DNA from: Bdellovibrionota bacterium
Lineage (GTDB): Bacteria; Bdellovibrionota_G; JALEGL01; DATDPG01
Direction of reading: 5' to 3'
Assembly: GCA_963668355.1 (NCBI GenBank)
Contig: OY764265.1
Location: 736,001 to 800,000 of the forward strand
DNA length: 64,000 bases
Shown: positions 51,943-61,608 of the stretch, piece by piece
How the letters are laid out: every line of letters starts with the position of its first letter
Numbering within the stretch: position 1 is the stretch's first letter
Notes under the pieces: model-generated
Databases searched by the model: none
What the model was told of the DNA's origin: nothing
What the model saw: only the letters and a program-made list of their open reading frames with translations
Program-made: the position numbers and the translations under genes

Positions 51943-52530
51943 CTACTCCTCCTCCGGGTGAAGAACCTCATCCACAGCAGCCAACACCATTCGTTCTGTG
52001 CAGAAAAGCTTCTGTTCAACCTTTCCCGTAGCTCGCACGGTGATATTCGCCATTTCTTGGCCAACAAATTCATACCCGTGCTCTTCCAATATCTTTCGAT
52101 TCTTTTGATAAATCGGGTTCTGACTCATCAAATCGTTCATCGTCGGGCCGAAATAAATCGGACATCGGCAGGTCATCACCAGGTGGGTAACCACATTGTC
52201 ACATATCCCATGGGCGCATTTGGCAATGGTGTTGGCCGAAGCCGGATAGACAATTAACATATCGGCCCAGTCGGCCAAGTTGATGTGCGGAACCGGAAAT
52301 TCTTCCGTTCCATCTTCATGGTTCACAAAAACCCGTCGCCCTGTTAACTGCTCCACTTGGTTCTTCTCAAAAAAGGCTAAAGCCGGCTCAGTAGCTGCAA
52401 CGATCACTTCGTGGGTTCCGATATCGGGGTGGTGTTTTAAATTATGAACCAATCTCGGCGTCACTTCAGCCTGAGTACAACCGCTCACAGCCAATAAAAT
52501 ATGAGGAAACTCTTTCTTTTCTTCACTCAT
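51943..52530 (-). CDS. HFCD flavoprotein (EpiD/LanD-like cysteine decarboxylase)
   Basis: ILLAVSG, PHINLADWAD, PASANTIAK, PTMNDLM; stand-alone, no CoaB domain. Confidence 0.85.
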   Translation of the reverse strand: MSEEKKEFPHILLAVSGCTQAEVTPRLVHNLKHHPDIGTHEVIVAATEPALAFFEKNQVEQLTGRRVFVNHEDGTEEFPVPHINLADWADMLIVYPASANTIAKCAHGICDNVVTHLVMTCRCPIYFGPTMNDLMSQNPIYQKNRKILEEHGYEFVGQEMANITVRATGKVEQKLFCTERMVLAAVDEVLHPEEE

Positions 52531-54652
52531 GCTTGGACACCTTCTCTGATCTTGGATGAATCGAAATAAAACCCATTCGCAACAAAGTGTATAAGACGTC
52601 GCGGAGGGGCTGAAAACCATCCGAAGATTCCGCCAATAACTCAGCACCTGAAATCAATTCTCCGTTTCGAGCATGAAGCAAGTTGGCCAAAGAAGACGGA
52701 ACCCTTAAAAAACGAAACGTATTTAAGTCCACAATCCCGGACGTGGAAGAGCCAACATCGCTTGGGTTGATTTGAACATCGCACTCTACCCTAACATCCC
52801 AATCCCTCAGGGATTCTTCACTGACAAAGGCTTCCATTCCCTTCATTCGAATTTCAAACTCATTTAACGGAGCATCCAACACCTCATCTTGGCCCATCTC
52901 TCGATAGTTTGACACGTACAGCAAATGAGCTGCCCAACAACATTCCGGCGGAAAGATCTTATTAATCACTTTAAAACTGGAACCCAAAAGGGAATGATAA
53001 CGAGCAATGGTTTTTTCTTCTTCCTCGGTTGGAAAACGAACATCCTTGAGTTTAAAGGAGAGTTTGTCCATCAGATCCCCGGACTCTTTCCAGAAACTCT
53101 CCAAAAAAGGGTTGGTTCCTCTGGCCAAAGGAGCTGCCTCAGGGAAGCTAAAATCATACAGGTGAATATAGTCACCCACTTTCGCATATTCCCACACCGT
53201 AGAAAGAGACTCGATGAGTTCGTCTGGTTGTTCTCCGGGAAAATGATGAATGATGTTGAGATGTGTCGAAATCGGAGTGTTCTTCAAATGGCCTAAAAAC
53301 TCCAAAACATCTTCTCTTTGATATCCCTTTTCCATCAGCTTTAGAACATTCGTATTGGCAGACTCCATTCCCACATGGAGCAAAGAAAGTCCCCCCTTGG
53401 CCAAAACGGCAAACTCCTTTTCCTTGAGTTTGCTTTCTACCCTGGAATGACAATACCAGCGCGTCCCGAGATCGTTTTTCTGGACCTTTTCTGCGATTTC
53501 GAGCGCAAATTTGGGAACCATTAATTCATCTACAAAGAACAAGGTTCGCGATCCGTATTTCGTTTTGTAGGTCTCAATGTCTTCAATCACTTTTCGCGTA
53601 GACCGAACCCGAAACTTTCCAAAGTAATTCTCATGATGATTGCAAAACTCGCATAAATCATAGGAGCAGCCCCTTGAACCGTAGGTCGGCAACACAGGCT
53701 CAGGGGTCCAGTAGCGATCTAAAGAAAAGTCCGAAAAGTCCGGCGTTGGTAAGGCATTCAAGTCTTGAATCTTTTTGGCCTCATTTTGGACAATTCCACC
53801 CACATTTGGAAAATAGAGATTGGGAACACTTGATAGGTCTTGGTCCCCCGCAAGGGCCTTCACTAGACCCAAAAGCGCCTCCTCCCCCTCAAAAGCTGCC
53901 CCATAGTCCACATAGTCATACATCCTTGGAGATTCCAAAAGCGTCTTTCGACGCGTAGTGACGAAGGATCCTCCGATGACAATCTTTTTCGCAACTCCTG
54001 ACTTTTTAAAAAACTTGGCCAACATGAGGGAAGGCAAAAGCTGTTGAGGGTTTGGACAAGAAAGAGCCAAAAGATCGTATGTTCGTTGCAAAGGGGCCGC
54101 TTGGCAGGTCTCGAGAAAACGATCGATCTGTAGAAAGGCCCCCTCGGTTTCGACCAACTCCAGAATTTTTGCAAAGGTATCCGTCTGCTCCACTTCCATT
54201 TTGGGACCAATTGAAAATCCGTTGAAGTTAAACTCATACTTGGCCAAATCGTCATTCATGGAGTAGCAATTCAAAAGATTTTGAATGAGATGGACGGCTT
54301 TTCCGAAGAGATCCACATTGAAGTACATTTTGGGATCGTGAAATATTTGCAGGGCTTCTCCAACCCAACTTCTCCAGTGGGGAAGAAGAAACAAGACATC
54401 CCCAACAAAAGGTTTTGCCTTCGGAACGACATTCCCGGCTCGCAAGGAATCTTCCTGCCGCTTTAAACTTTCGGGGCTCAATAGGAATTCCAGAAAATCC
54501 AAATTTGCATCCCAGACCGAGACGTCTTGCACGCCGTGTTGACGTAAATAGCCAACCAATACCGGAATTCCCAAACTGGGCATATCCACATAAGAACCAG
54601 GTGGATGAACAAAGAGAACGCTCGGGGATGATGCTTTGGACTTTCGAGACAT
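52523..54652 (-). CDS. Cobalamin-dependent radical SAM protein with a C-terminal RRE-like domain
   Basis: VLFVHPP..PSLGIPVLVGYL, IVIGGS, FEGEE, SRGCSYDLCEFC, FVDE, GMES; C-terminal winged helix ending LLRMGFI. Confidence 0.9.
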   Translation of the reverse strand: MSRKSKASSPSVLFVHPPGSYVDMPSLGIPVLVGYLRQHGVQDVSVWDANLDFLEFLLSPESLKRQEDSLRAGNVVPKAKPFVGDVLFLLPHWRSWVGEALQIFHDPKMYFNVDLFGKAVHLIQNLLNCYSMNDDLAKYEFNFNGFSIGPKMEVEQTDTFAKILELVETEGAFLQIDRFLETCQAAPLQRTYDLLALSCPNPQQLLPSLMLAKFFKKSGVAKKIVIGGSFVTTRRKTLLESPRMYDYVDYGAAFEGEEALLGLVKALAGDQDLSSVPNLYFPNVGGIVQNEAKKIQDLNALPTPDFSDFSLDRYWTPEPVLPTYGSRGCSYDLCEFCNHHENYFGKFRVRSTRKVIEDIETYKTKYGSRTLFFVDELMVPKFALEIAEKVQKNDLGTRWYCHSRVESKLKEKEFAVLAKGGLSLLHVGMESANTNVLKLMEKGYQREDVLEFLGHLKNTPISTHLNIIHHFPGEQPDELIESLSTVWEYAKVGDYIHLYDFSFPEAAPLARGTNPFLESFWKESGDLMDKLSFKLKDVRFPTEEEEKTIARYHSLLGSSFKVINKIFPPECCWAAHLLYVSNYREMGQDEVLDAPLNEFEIRMKGMEAFVSEESLRDWDVRVECDVQINPSDVGSSTSGIVDLNTFRFLRVPSSLANLLHARNGELISGAELLAESSDGFQPLRDVLYTLLRMGFISIHPRSEKVSKHE

Positions 54653-54680
54653 GGTGGTTTTCCTCAAGAAGAGCGTAACT

Positions 54681-54686
54681 ATTATA
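54681..54686 (-). promoter_or_regulatory. Possible sigma70 -10 box upstream of the radical SAM operon
   Basis: TATAAT about 30 nt upstream of the ATG; no convincing -35 box. Confidence 0.35.
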
Positions 54687-54778
54687 GCGGGTTCCTATGG
54701 CTGCGACTAGACCCGTTGCGCCAATTTAAAAAAGATTCTTTGTAGAGTCTTTTCAAAGCATTGAGCTTTTTCCCTTGA

Positions 54779-55036
54779 TCATTTACGAAGCAGAGAACGC
54801 TTGACCTTCTTTTTACGTTTTTTCGGAGTAAACTTTAGTTCCACCTGAACCCCTGCGTCGGTGGTAGGCCAGTTACACAGAACCGATTCCAGACCTCCAG
54901 GCCCCGCACCCTTCCCATTCGCTTTCTGACCAAAGCACACATTCAATTGGTCTCCAGATTTACGAATTTGCCGCACTTTATATCCACGGCTCTCGTAGCG
55001 ATTTCGCAAAATTTGTTTGGCCTCGTCAATCTTCAT
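54779..55036 (-). CDS. 85-aa small basic protein, candidate substrate/precursor of the adjacent enzymes
   Basis: Co-oriented and directly upstream of the enzymes; Gly-rich loop, two Cys, Lys-rich tail; no clear RBS. Confidence 0.6.
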   Translation of the reverse strand: MKIDEAKQILRNRYESRGYKVRQIRKSGDQLNVCFGQKANGKGAGPGGLESVLCNWPTTDAGVQVELKFTPKKRKKKVKRSLLRK

Positions 55037-55157
55037 AGGAAAGGGGCGCGATGATAATCATCTTTTTTCATCTGTCTAGGACTCGGCTTGCGAGAGGTTT
55101 GATTTCTGCCTCCAGGCAGGCATAATTTCGTCTTCAAGAAAGGATCGGTGAAACACA

Positions 55158-56618
55158 ATGCGAACTTCCTCAATTCTAACCTTTAGCTTTTTGGCCCTTT
55201 TGATTTCGTGCGGCGGCAACAGCTTGAAGGTGGACCCCATATCCACAACCGAGAACCCCCATGAACAAATTGAAATGCTGGAGACCAGCATCAGCAAGGC
55301 AAGATTGGAAAAAGTAGATGTGCTTTCCCCAACCTGGCTTTCAAAGGCAGAACGATCCCTTTCATATGCCAAGCGCCTTCAGGATCGAGGAAGATCTCTT
55401 TCTGACATGCTGAAATATGTCGCCAAAGGAAAAGCGCAGCTTAGAAACGCGAACGCCGCAGCCAAGGTTGCCCGAACGGCCTTGGCGAAATCCATCCAGG
55501 CCCGAGAAGATGCTCGAAACGCTGGAGCCACTTCATATGTGGAAGAGTACAAAGATGTCGAAGAAGATTTTTTGGAGCTTACCAAAGCCATTGAACGAAA
55601 CAGCATCTCCCGTGCCAAGAACCGAGAAGATGATGTTGTAAAACGATATCGGGTTCTCGAATTGAGAGGAATCAAAGAAAAGACGTTGGGAAAAGTTCGC
55701 GAGCTGATTCGAGAGGCCAAGGCGGAAGATGCGCAGCGGGTGGCGAAAGTTTCCTTGGCGCTCGCCGAGAAGAAGCTGTCTGAAACGGATGCTTTCATTT
55801 CCAAGCATCGCTATAACAAAGAAGTCATGGTCTCCAAGGCAGACGACGCCTTATTCTTCGCTCAACGATTATTCAATGTGAACCGCCAGATTCATGCCCT
55901 CCAAGATAAATCTCCGGAAGAAATTGTCATTTGGATGGAAAAACTCCTGAGCCAAATTTCGAGAGCCGCTGGAGCACCGGACATGCGGAACCAGAATTTC
56001 AAAACGCAGGTGGAAAACATTTCTGCTTCCATCCAGCAAGGAAAGCAAGACCAGAAATTCTTTAGTGAGAAAACCAAAACACAGGAAAAAGAAATTTCGG
56101 CCCTCAAACGTCGAGTGGCAGCTTTGGAAGGAACCACCCAAGCGGAACGAGCTGCAAAAGCCAAACTTGAAGCAGAGCGAAAATTCCAAGCCCTGTATTC
56201 CGAAGTTCGTAAAATTTTCGATCCAAGAGAAGCCGAAGTTTACAAGGAAGATGATCGTCTACTCATTCGCTTAAAGAAAATGGATTTCCCGGTGGGACAA
56301 TCCGTGATCATGCCAAAGAATTATTCTCTCCTGGGAAAAGTTCAACGAGCCATTTGGACTTTTGGTGAGCCGAAAGTTGTGATCGAAGGTCATAGCGACA
56401 GCACCGGTTCAGAAAGTCTCAACGAACATCTATCTCAAAAACGGGCGGAGGCCGTTCGATCTTATTTGATTGCCAATCGAACACTTCCTCAAAACCTGAT
56501 CATGTCGTTGGGCTATGGATCCAGCAAGCCATTGGCCTCAAACAAGACCAGGCGTGGCCGGGCGATGAATCGTCGAATTGACATCGTCATCAAACCCAAA
56601 GCGGGAAACGTACAATAA
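55158..56618 (+). CDS. OmpA-family lipoprotein with a long helical N-terminal region
   Basis: Lipobox LISC; EGHSDSTG, LSQKRAEAV, NRRIDI. Confidence 0.9.
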   Translation: MRTSSILTFSFLALLISCGGNSLKVDPISTTENPHEQIEMLETSISKARLEKVDVLSPTWLSKAERSLSYAKRLQDRGRSLSDMLKYVAKGKAQLRNANAAAKVARTALAKSIQAREDARNAGATSYVEEYKDVEEDFLELTKAIERNSISRAKNREDDVVKRYRVLELRGIKEKTLGKVRELIREAKAEDAQRVAKVSLALAEKKLSETDAFISKHRYNKEVMVSKADDALFFAQRLFNVNRQIHALQDKSPEEIVIWMEKLLSQISRAAGAPDMRNQNFKTQVENISASIQQGKQDQKFFSEKTKTQEKEISALKRRVAALEGTTQAERAAKAKLEAERKFQALYSEVRKIFDPREAEVYKEDDRLLIRLKKMDFPVGQSVIMPKNYSLLGKVQRAIWTFGEPKVVIEGHSDSTGSESLNEHLSQKRAEAVRSYLIANRTLPQNLIMSLGYGSSKPLASNKTRRGRAMNRRIDIVIKPKAGNVQ

Positions 56619-56634
56619 TCTAAAATCCGATTCC

Positions 56635-56673
56635 AAAAAAAAAGGCCCGAAGGAGTTCCTTCGGGCCTTTTTT
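56635..56673. terminator. Bidirectional terminator
   Basis: A-tract-GGCCCGAAGG-AGTT-CCTTCGGGCC-T-tract between convergent genes. Confidence 0.88.
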
Positions 56674-56690
56674 AATTGATTTGAGACCGC

Positions 56691-57239
56691 TTAATAGGCG
56701 AAAAACTTTACCATTCCGAAAAGGTTAAACACCTTGGCCGTATAATCTGCCGAAACCGTATAACCGTTTACGGTCACACCATTGAAGTAAATGATGGATT
56801 CCGTCAAATCCAATCCCACGGTAATGAAGTCGTTAAGTTTTACGTCAACCCCACCACCAAAATTAAAGCCAGGTCCATGAGCAACTTCCGTGGAACTCAC
56901 CACAGCCGCATCCAATACCGTTGCAGCATACGTGAAACCACCTTTCACGTAAGGGTGAAGAGAAACGACCGGAATCAGACCGTCTAAAAACTGATAAAAA
57001 TCATACATGAGGTCAATGTTTCCTTGCAGCCAATAGGCATCCACTCCCGGAGCGGAGTCTGTGGCTCCAACAATTTGCATGTCCAACCCAAGTCCGCTTG
57101 GATAATGAGATCCAAAGGAAAGTGTGTATCCAAACTGTTCCTCATCCACCATTCCGATACCGGCTCCAATGTAAGCATGACTGATGCTTGGAATAGCCAT
57201 GATGGCGAAGGCCAACAATGCCATTTTAATTCGTTTCAT
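56691..57239 (-). CDS. Small outer membrane beta-barrel protein
   Basis: Signal peptide, alternating beta strands, HPYVKGG, GFNFGGGVD, aromatic C-terminus. Confidence 0.8.
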   Translation of the reverse strand: MKRIKMALLAFAIMAIPSISHAYIGAGIGMVDEEQFGYTLSFGSHYPSGLGLDMQIVGATDSAPGVDAYWLQGNIDLMYDFYQFLDGLIPVVSLHPYVKGGFTYAATVLDAAVVSSTEVAHGPGFNFGGGVDVKLNDFITVGLDLTESIIYFNGVTVNGYTVSADYTAKVFNLFGMVKFFAY

Positions 57240-57365
57240 GTGTTCGTCCTCCCACGAGATAAATTGAATTCTATTTCTTGATCAAAACAGATGGAGGAAT
57301 CCTTGGCGAGAACTTTCTTTTATACATCTTCTTCCGCAAATCGTGGTTTATGGTACAAATGATCC

Positions 57366-58388
57366 GTGCCTTCAGTCGGACAAGGTCGAAAAAGTTTGGA
57401 GCAACGAATCGGTATTGTCCTGGGCATCTATTTTCTCATTCTCGGTTCCGGTGTCGTGGGGTATCACCTCATTGAAGGTTGGTCCTGGATTGACTCTCTT
57501 TATATGACCGTCATCACCATTACGACGGTCGGATTTTCAGAAGTCGGCCAATTGGACGGGGCCGGTCGCATTTTCACCATTGCCCTTATCTTTCTTGGTG
57601 TAGGTGGATTCATGTACACCTTTGGAACCATCGCGGACTACCTCATTGCAGGGGAGTTAAGTGGTTTGCTCGGGAGGCGTCGCTTGAAACGAAACTTAGA
57701 ACAAATGAATGGACATTATTTGGTATGTGGCTTTGGGCGCGTTGGCTATCAAGTTGCAAAAGAATTTTCACGGGCCGGCAAAAAGGTCGTCATCGTAGAA
57801 GAAAAAGAAGAAGTCGCCGAACAAGCAGAAAACCAAAACCTCATCGTTTTAAAAGGGAATGCCAACAGCGATGACGTTCTCAAAACCGCAGGTGTGGAAC
57901 GAGCCAAAGGCCTGGTTTGCACACTGGGAACGGACGCAGCAAATTTAATGTTGGTCCTATCCGCCCGCGCCCTGAACCCAAAACTATTCATCGTTGCACG
58001 GGGAAATTACGAAGCCACGGAGGCCAAGCTCAAAATTGCGGGAGCGGATCGAGTCATTTCCCCCTATAGCATTGGTGGACACCGCATGGCCCAAGTCGCC
58101 ATTCGACCCAATGTAGTGGAATTCTTCGACGTCATGATGCACGGAGAAAAACTGGAACTCATGATGGAGGATTTAACCATTTCGGCTCAATCCCTCCTGG
58201 ACGGAAGCACGATTGGAACCTCACGAGTTCGTGAAAAAACCGGTGCCAACATCATTGGACTTCGACGCAAAGGCGTGGAACCCATCATCATGGCTCCCAC
58301 ACCCGACACCACGTTGAATGCTGAAGATGTTTTGGTGGCGCTGGGCACACAGGACCAGCTCAATAGCCTCAAAGAAATGTCGACCTAG
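57366..58388 (+). CDS. Potassium channel with RCK (TrkA-N/TrkA-C) domains
   Basis: TITTVGFSE selectivity filter; VCGFGRVG. Confidence 0.93.
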   Translation: MPSVGQGRKSLEQRIGIVLGIYFLILGSGVVGYHLIEGWSWIDSLYMTVITITTVGFSEVGQLDGAGRIFTIALIFLGVGGFMYTFGTIADYLIAGELSGLLGRRRLKRNLEQMNGHYLVCGFGRVGYQVAKEFSRAGKKVVIVEEKEEVAEQAENQNLIVLKGNANSDDVLKTAGVERAKGLVCTLGTDAANLMLVLSARALNPKLFIVARGNYEATEAKLKIAGADRVISPYSIGGHRMAQVAIRPNVVEFFDVMMHGEKLELMMEDLTISAQSLLDGSTIGTSRVREKTGANIIGLRRKGVEPIIMAPTPDTTLNAEDVLVALGTQDQLNSLKEMST

Positions 58389-58415
58389 CTCGGTTCGAAA
58401 TTCTACCTAAACAAG

Positions 58416-60377
58416 CTAAGCGACTTCTTTTTGCGCCTTCGTGCTTCGAACGAGAAGCCAAATTAAAACAGCGAATGCGAGAAGCGAAACGATCATTCCC
58501 GCTGTGCCTTCAAACGCAAAACCAAAACCTTTCGGCTTGCTTCCCGTAATCAGTGCGGCAATGGCAATTCCAATTCCCATCACGCCCTCACCAGCAATCA
58601 AACCGGAACTGAACAAAACCCCTTGTTCGGTTTGAGATTTTCCGGCTTCCTCGGCCGTATTTTTGCGTCGGACACTCTTCTGAACCAACGAATGAACCAC
58701 CCCTCCGACATACACCGGAGTCATGACGGACAAAGGCAAATACATCCCCACAGCAAAAGCCAATGAGGGCATCCCCAAAAGCTCAATCACCAACGCAAAG
58801 GCCCCGCCGATCAACACCAACCCCCAAGGGAGGTTTGCACTGAGCACGCCATCGATCACTGTCTTGATGAGTGTCGCCTGGGGAGCAGGAAAATCTTCCC
58901 CTCCAAAACCGTATTGACTCCCCAACAAAAACACGACAGCCGCAATGACCCAGGCATTGACCATCGCCCCCATGAGTTCAGCTTTTTGTTGACGGGCTGG
59001 CGTTGCACCAATCAAAAATCCTGTTTTCAAATCCTGAGAAATATCTCCAGCCATTGAAGCCGCAACACAAACCACCGTTCCAATCGTCAGCACGGTGAAT
59101 TTTCCGAATGTGTCCGTCCAGCCCAAGGCATAAAACAACACACTCGTACCCAAAAGCGTCACAATGGCCATGCCGGAAGTCGGATTCGACGTCACCCCCA
59201 CCAAGCCGACGATTCGAGAAGATACCGTGACAAAAAGAAATGCGAAGATCGTGATGCAAAGGGCGGCCACCAATCGAAACAGGAAGGGTGCCCCACCCCC
59301 CAAAGCTCCAGGAACCAAAGCCAATAATAAGAGCACCAAAAAGACCCCCCCAAAGACCACCGTCATGGGAAGGTCACGCTTAATGCGTAGCGTGGCTCCA
59401 ACATCCACATTTCCTCGGGCCATCAGTCCTCTAAAACCCTCTTTCACCGAAGCCAACATCACAGGAAGCGCTTTAATGACCGCGATAATCCCTGCCGTCG
59501 CCACGGCACCGGCTCCAATATAACGAATGTAGCGGCTCCAAATTTCAATCGCACTCATATCGGAAATGAGCTTGAGCGTGGCTCCCTCCGGAAAGAGATC
59601 AGGAAACAAAGGGGAGTGAAGTTGCTCTCCAAACAAGGCCATCAAGGGGATGAGTCCCAACCAAGAAAGAAGACCTCCGGCCACCATGATGGCCGAAATG
59701 CGATACCCCAAGACATAGCCCACGCCCAATAAAGCCGGCGTCGCTTCCAAGCCAAGTACGGCTTTCTTCATCACCGGAAGCTTAAAACTCACTTCTTCCG
59801 GCCATAGTTTTCCCAATCCCAAAAATGCTTTATAGAGTGCCCCGACAATCAACCCCAAAAACACGGGCTTCGCTCGGGTTCCTCCTTCATCGGCCGCCAC
59901 CAAAACAGCCGCTGAGGCTCTGCCCTCAGGGTAAGGAAGCGTGGCATCCTCTTGAACAATCAAAAACGGTCGCAAAGGGATCATGAAGAGAATGCCCAAA
60001 ACACCTCCGCAAAGAGCCAAAAGGGACACCTGAAGAAATCCCTCTCCAAAGGAAGGAGCAATTCCCCACATGAACAACGCCGGAATCGTAAAGATCGTTC
60101 CCGAGGCCAAGGATGAGGAGGCCGATCCCGCCGTCTGTCCGATGTTTACGTCGAGAATCGTTCCTTTGCCGATCAAGGGTTTGAGCACGGCAAAGGCGGC
60201 CACCATAATGACCGCCAATGGAATGGATGTGCTAATGGTCAATCCGACCTTTAAGCCCAGATACGCATTGGCGGAACCCAAAATTGCACCAAACACGATT
60301 CCCAAAAAAAGACCACGCCAAGACCAATCTGAAAGAGACGTATCACTTGGAATATACGGTTTATGTTCGCTCATCAT
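58416..60377 (-). CDS. OPT-family oligopeptide transporter
   Basis: NAYLGLKVG, LPYPEG, SNPTSG, QDLKTGFLIGATP, FPAPQA, SGLIAGE. Confidence 0.93.
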   Translation of the reverse strand: MMSEHKPYIPSDTSLSDWSWRGLFLGIVFGAILGSANAYLGLKVGLTISTSIPLAVIMVAAFAVLKPLIGKGTILDVNIGQTAGSASSSLASGTIFTIPALFMWGIAPSFGEGFLQVSLLALCGGVLGILFMIPLRPFLIVQEDATLPYPEGRASAAVLVAADEGGTRAKPVFLGLIVGALYKAFLGLGKLWPEEVSFKLPVMKKAVLGLEATPALLGVGYVLGYRISAIMVAGGLLSWLGLIPLMALFGEQLHSPLFPDLFPEGATLKLISDMSAIEIWSRYIRYIGAGAVATAGIIAVIKALPVMLASVKEGFRGLMARGNVDVGATLRIKRDLPMTVVFGGVFLVLLLLALVPGALGGGAPFLFRLVAALCITIFAFLFVTVSSRIVGLVGVTSNPTSGMAIVTLLGTSVLFYALGWTDTFGKFTVLTIGTVVCVAASMAGDISQDLKTGFLIGATPARQQKAELMGAMVNAWVIAAVVFLLGSQYGFGGEDFPAPQATLIKTVIDGVLSANLPWGLVLIGGAFALVIELLGMPSLAFAVGMYLPLSVMTPVYVGGVVHSLVQKSVRRKNTAEEAGKSQTEQGVLFSSGLIAGEGVMGIGIAIAALITGSKPKGFGFAFEGTAGMIVSLLAFAVLIWLLVRSTKAQKEVA

Positions 60378-60479
60378 TTTTTCCAATCTCAATCCAATTT
60401 CAACACATCGTTCCTGCAACCAAAGAGGCTCTATAACATTCCCCACCCATTCATCCAATGAAATGCCCAGACTGACGGG

Positions 60480-60600
60480 GAAGAAGGAAGAGCGCAGGGT
60501 CTGGACAAAAGCGATACCTCGGGGGAGGAACCCTCCCCCCCGACCTTCGGTCGGCTCCCCCCCACACGCTTTTGCTCAGACCCTGCGCTCTTCCTTCTTC
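60480..60600. repeat. 121-bp element with perfect 24-bp terminal inverted repeats (MITE-like or structured RNA)
   Basis: GAAGAAGGAAGAGCGCAGGGTCTG at 60480-60503 and its exact reverse complement at 60577-60600, plus inner stems. Confidence 0.8.
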
Positions 60601-60756
60601 TAAGATATTTAAACTCCAAGCTTCTTCCCAAAAAAGATTGGAAAGCAAAGAAACATTCTCGTGTACTGCACTATGGCAAGGTGTTCGTACTGGTTATCAA
60701 CGGTCTGAGTTTGTTTTGATTGTAAGATCGAGCAGAATCGCTAGGATGCGCTCGTT

Positions 60757-61440
60757 ATGAAATTATTACTCGTAAGCAATTCCGGTCGGCCCTATCTCGA
60801 ACATTGTCGAGAAGACATCGTAGATTTTCTCTCTCCCGCAAAACGGGCTCTATTCATCGGAGCGGCGGCCTTCTTCCCACTCAAAGACTATGTGGCCAAA
60901 GTTCGAGCAGCTCTGGAACCCGTCGGTTTGACCATTGATGCCATGGAATTGGACAAAAATCCCAAAGAACAACTCGCACAGGCAGAAGCCGTACTGGTTG
61001 GGGGAGGAAACACCTACAAACTCTTACGAGACTTAAAAAACGCGAACCTCATTGGCCCACTGCAAGAGCGCGTCAAAAACGGATTGCCTTTCATTGGTTG
61101 GAGCGCCGGATCCAATATCGCAGGACCCACAATTCTCTCGACCAACGATTGGAACGTTGTGGGGCTGTCGGAATTTTCCGCGTTAAGCCTTGTTCCCTTC
61201 AACATCAATCCACACTATTTGGAAGCCGACCCCATGACCGCCACATTTGCAGAAACGCGAGACGATCGAATCGCTGAATATCATTGTGTAAATTCGAATA
61301 CGGTCTTAGGCATTGAAGAACAAACTTCCGTTCTCGTGGAAGATGACTCCTATAAGGTACTTGGCAAGGGACGTGTACGTAGGTTCGAAAAAGGACAAAC
61401 GCCCATCGACTTCAAACCTGGCGACGGCATTCAACTATAG
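60757..61440 (+). CDS. pepE: Dipeptidase E (peptidase S51)
   Basis: VGGGNT, GWSAGSN, TNDW, INPHY, ETRDDRI. Confidence 0.93.
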   Translation: MKLLLVSNSGRPYLEHCREDIVDFLSPAKRALFIGAAAFFPLKDYVAKVRAALEPVGLTIDAMELDKNPKEQLAQAEAVLVGGGNTYKLLRDLKNANLIGPLQERVKNGLPFIGWSAGSNIAGPTILSTNDWNVVGLSEFSALSLVPFNINPHYLEADPMTATFAETRDDRIAEYHCVNSNTVLGIEEQTSVLVEDDSYKVLGKGRVRRFEKGQTPIDFKPGDGIQL

Positions 61441-61608
61441 ACGCATCAAACGCATCACATTCACAATCTGTGTACTAAAGATTTACACCCCACTCTTGTC
61501 CAAAATTTGACGAAAGGGGACCCGGACACGCATAATTCGAACGCGGACTTGCCTCGACAAGCCCACATATTTTTTCACGTGGATGGTTTTAAGACAGGAG
61601 AAATAAGG

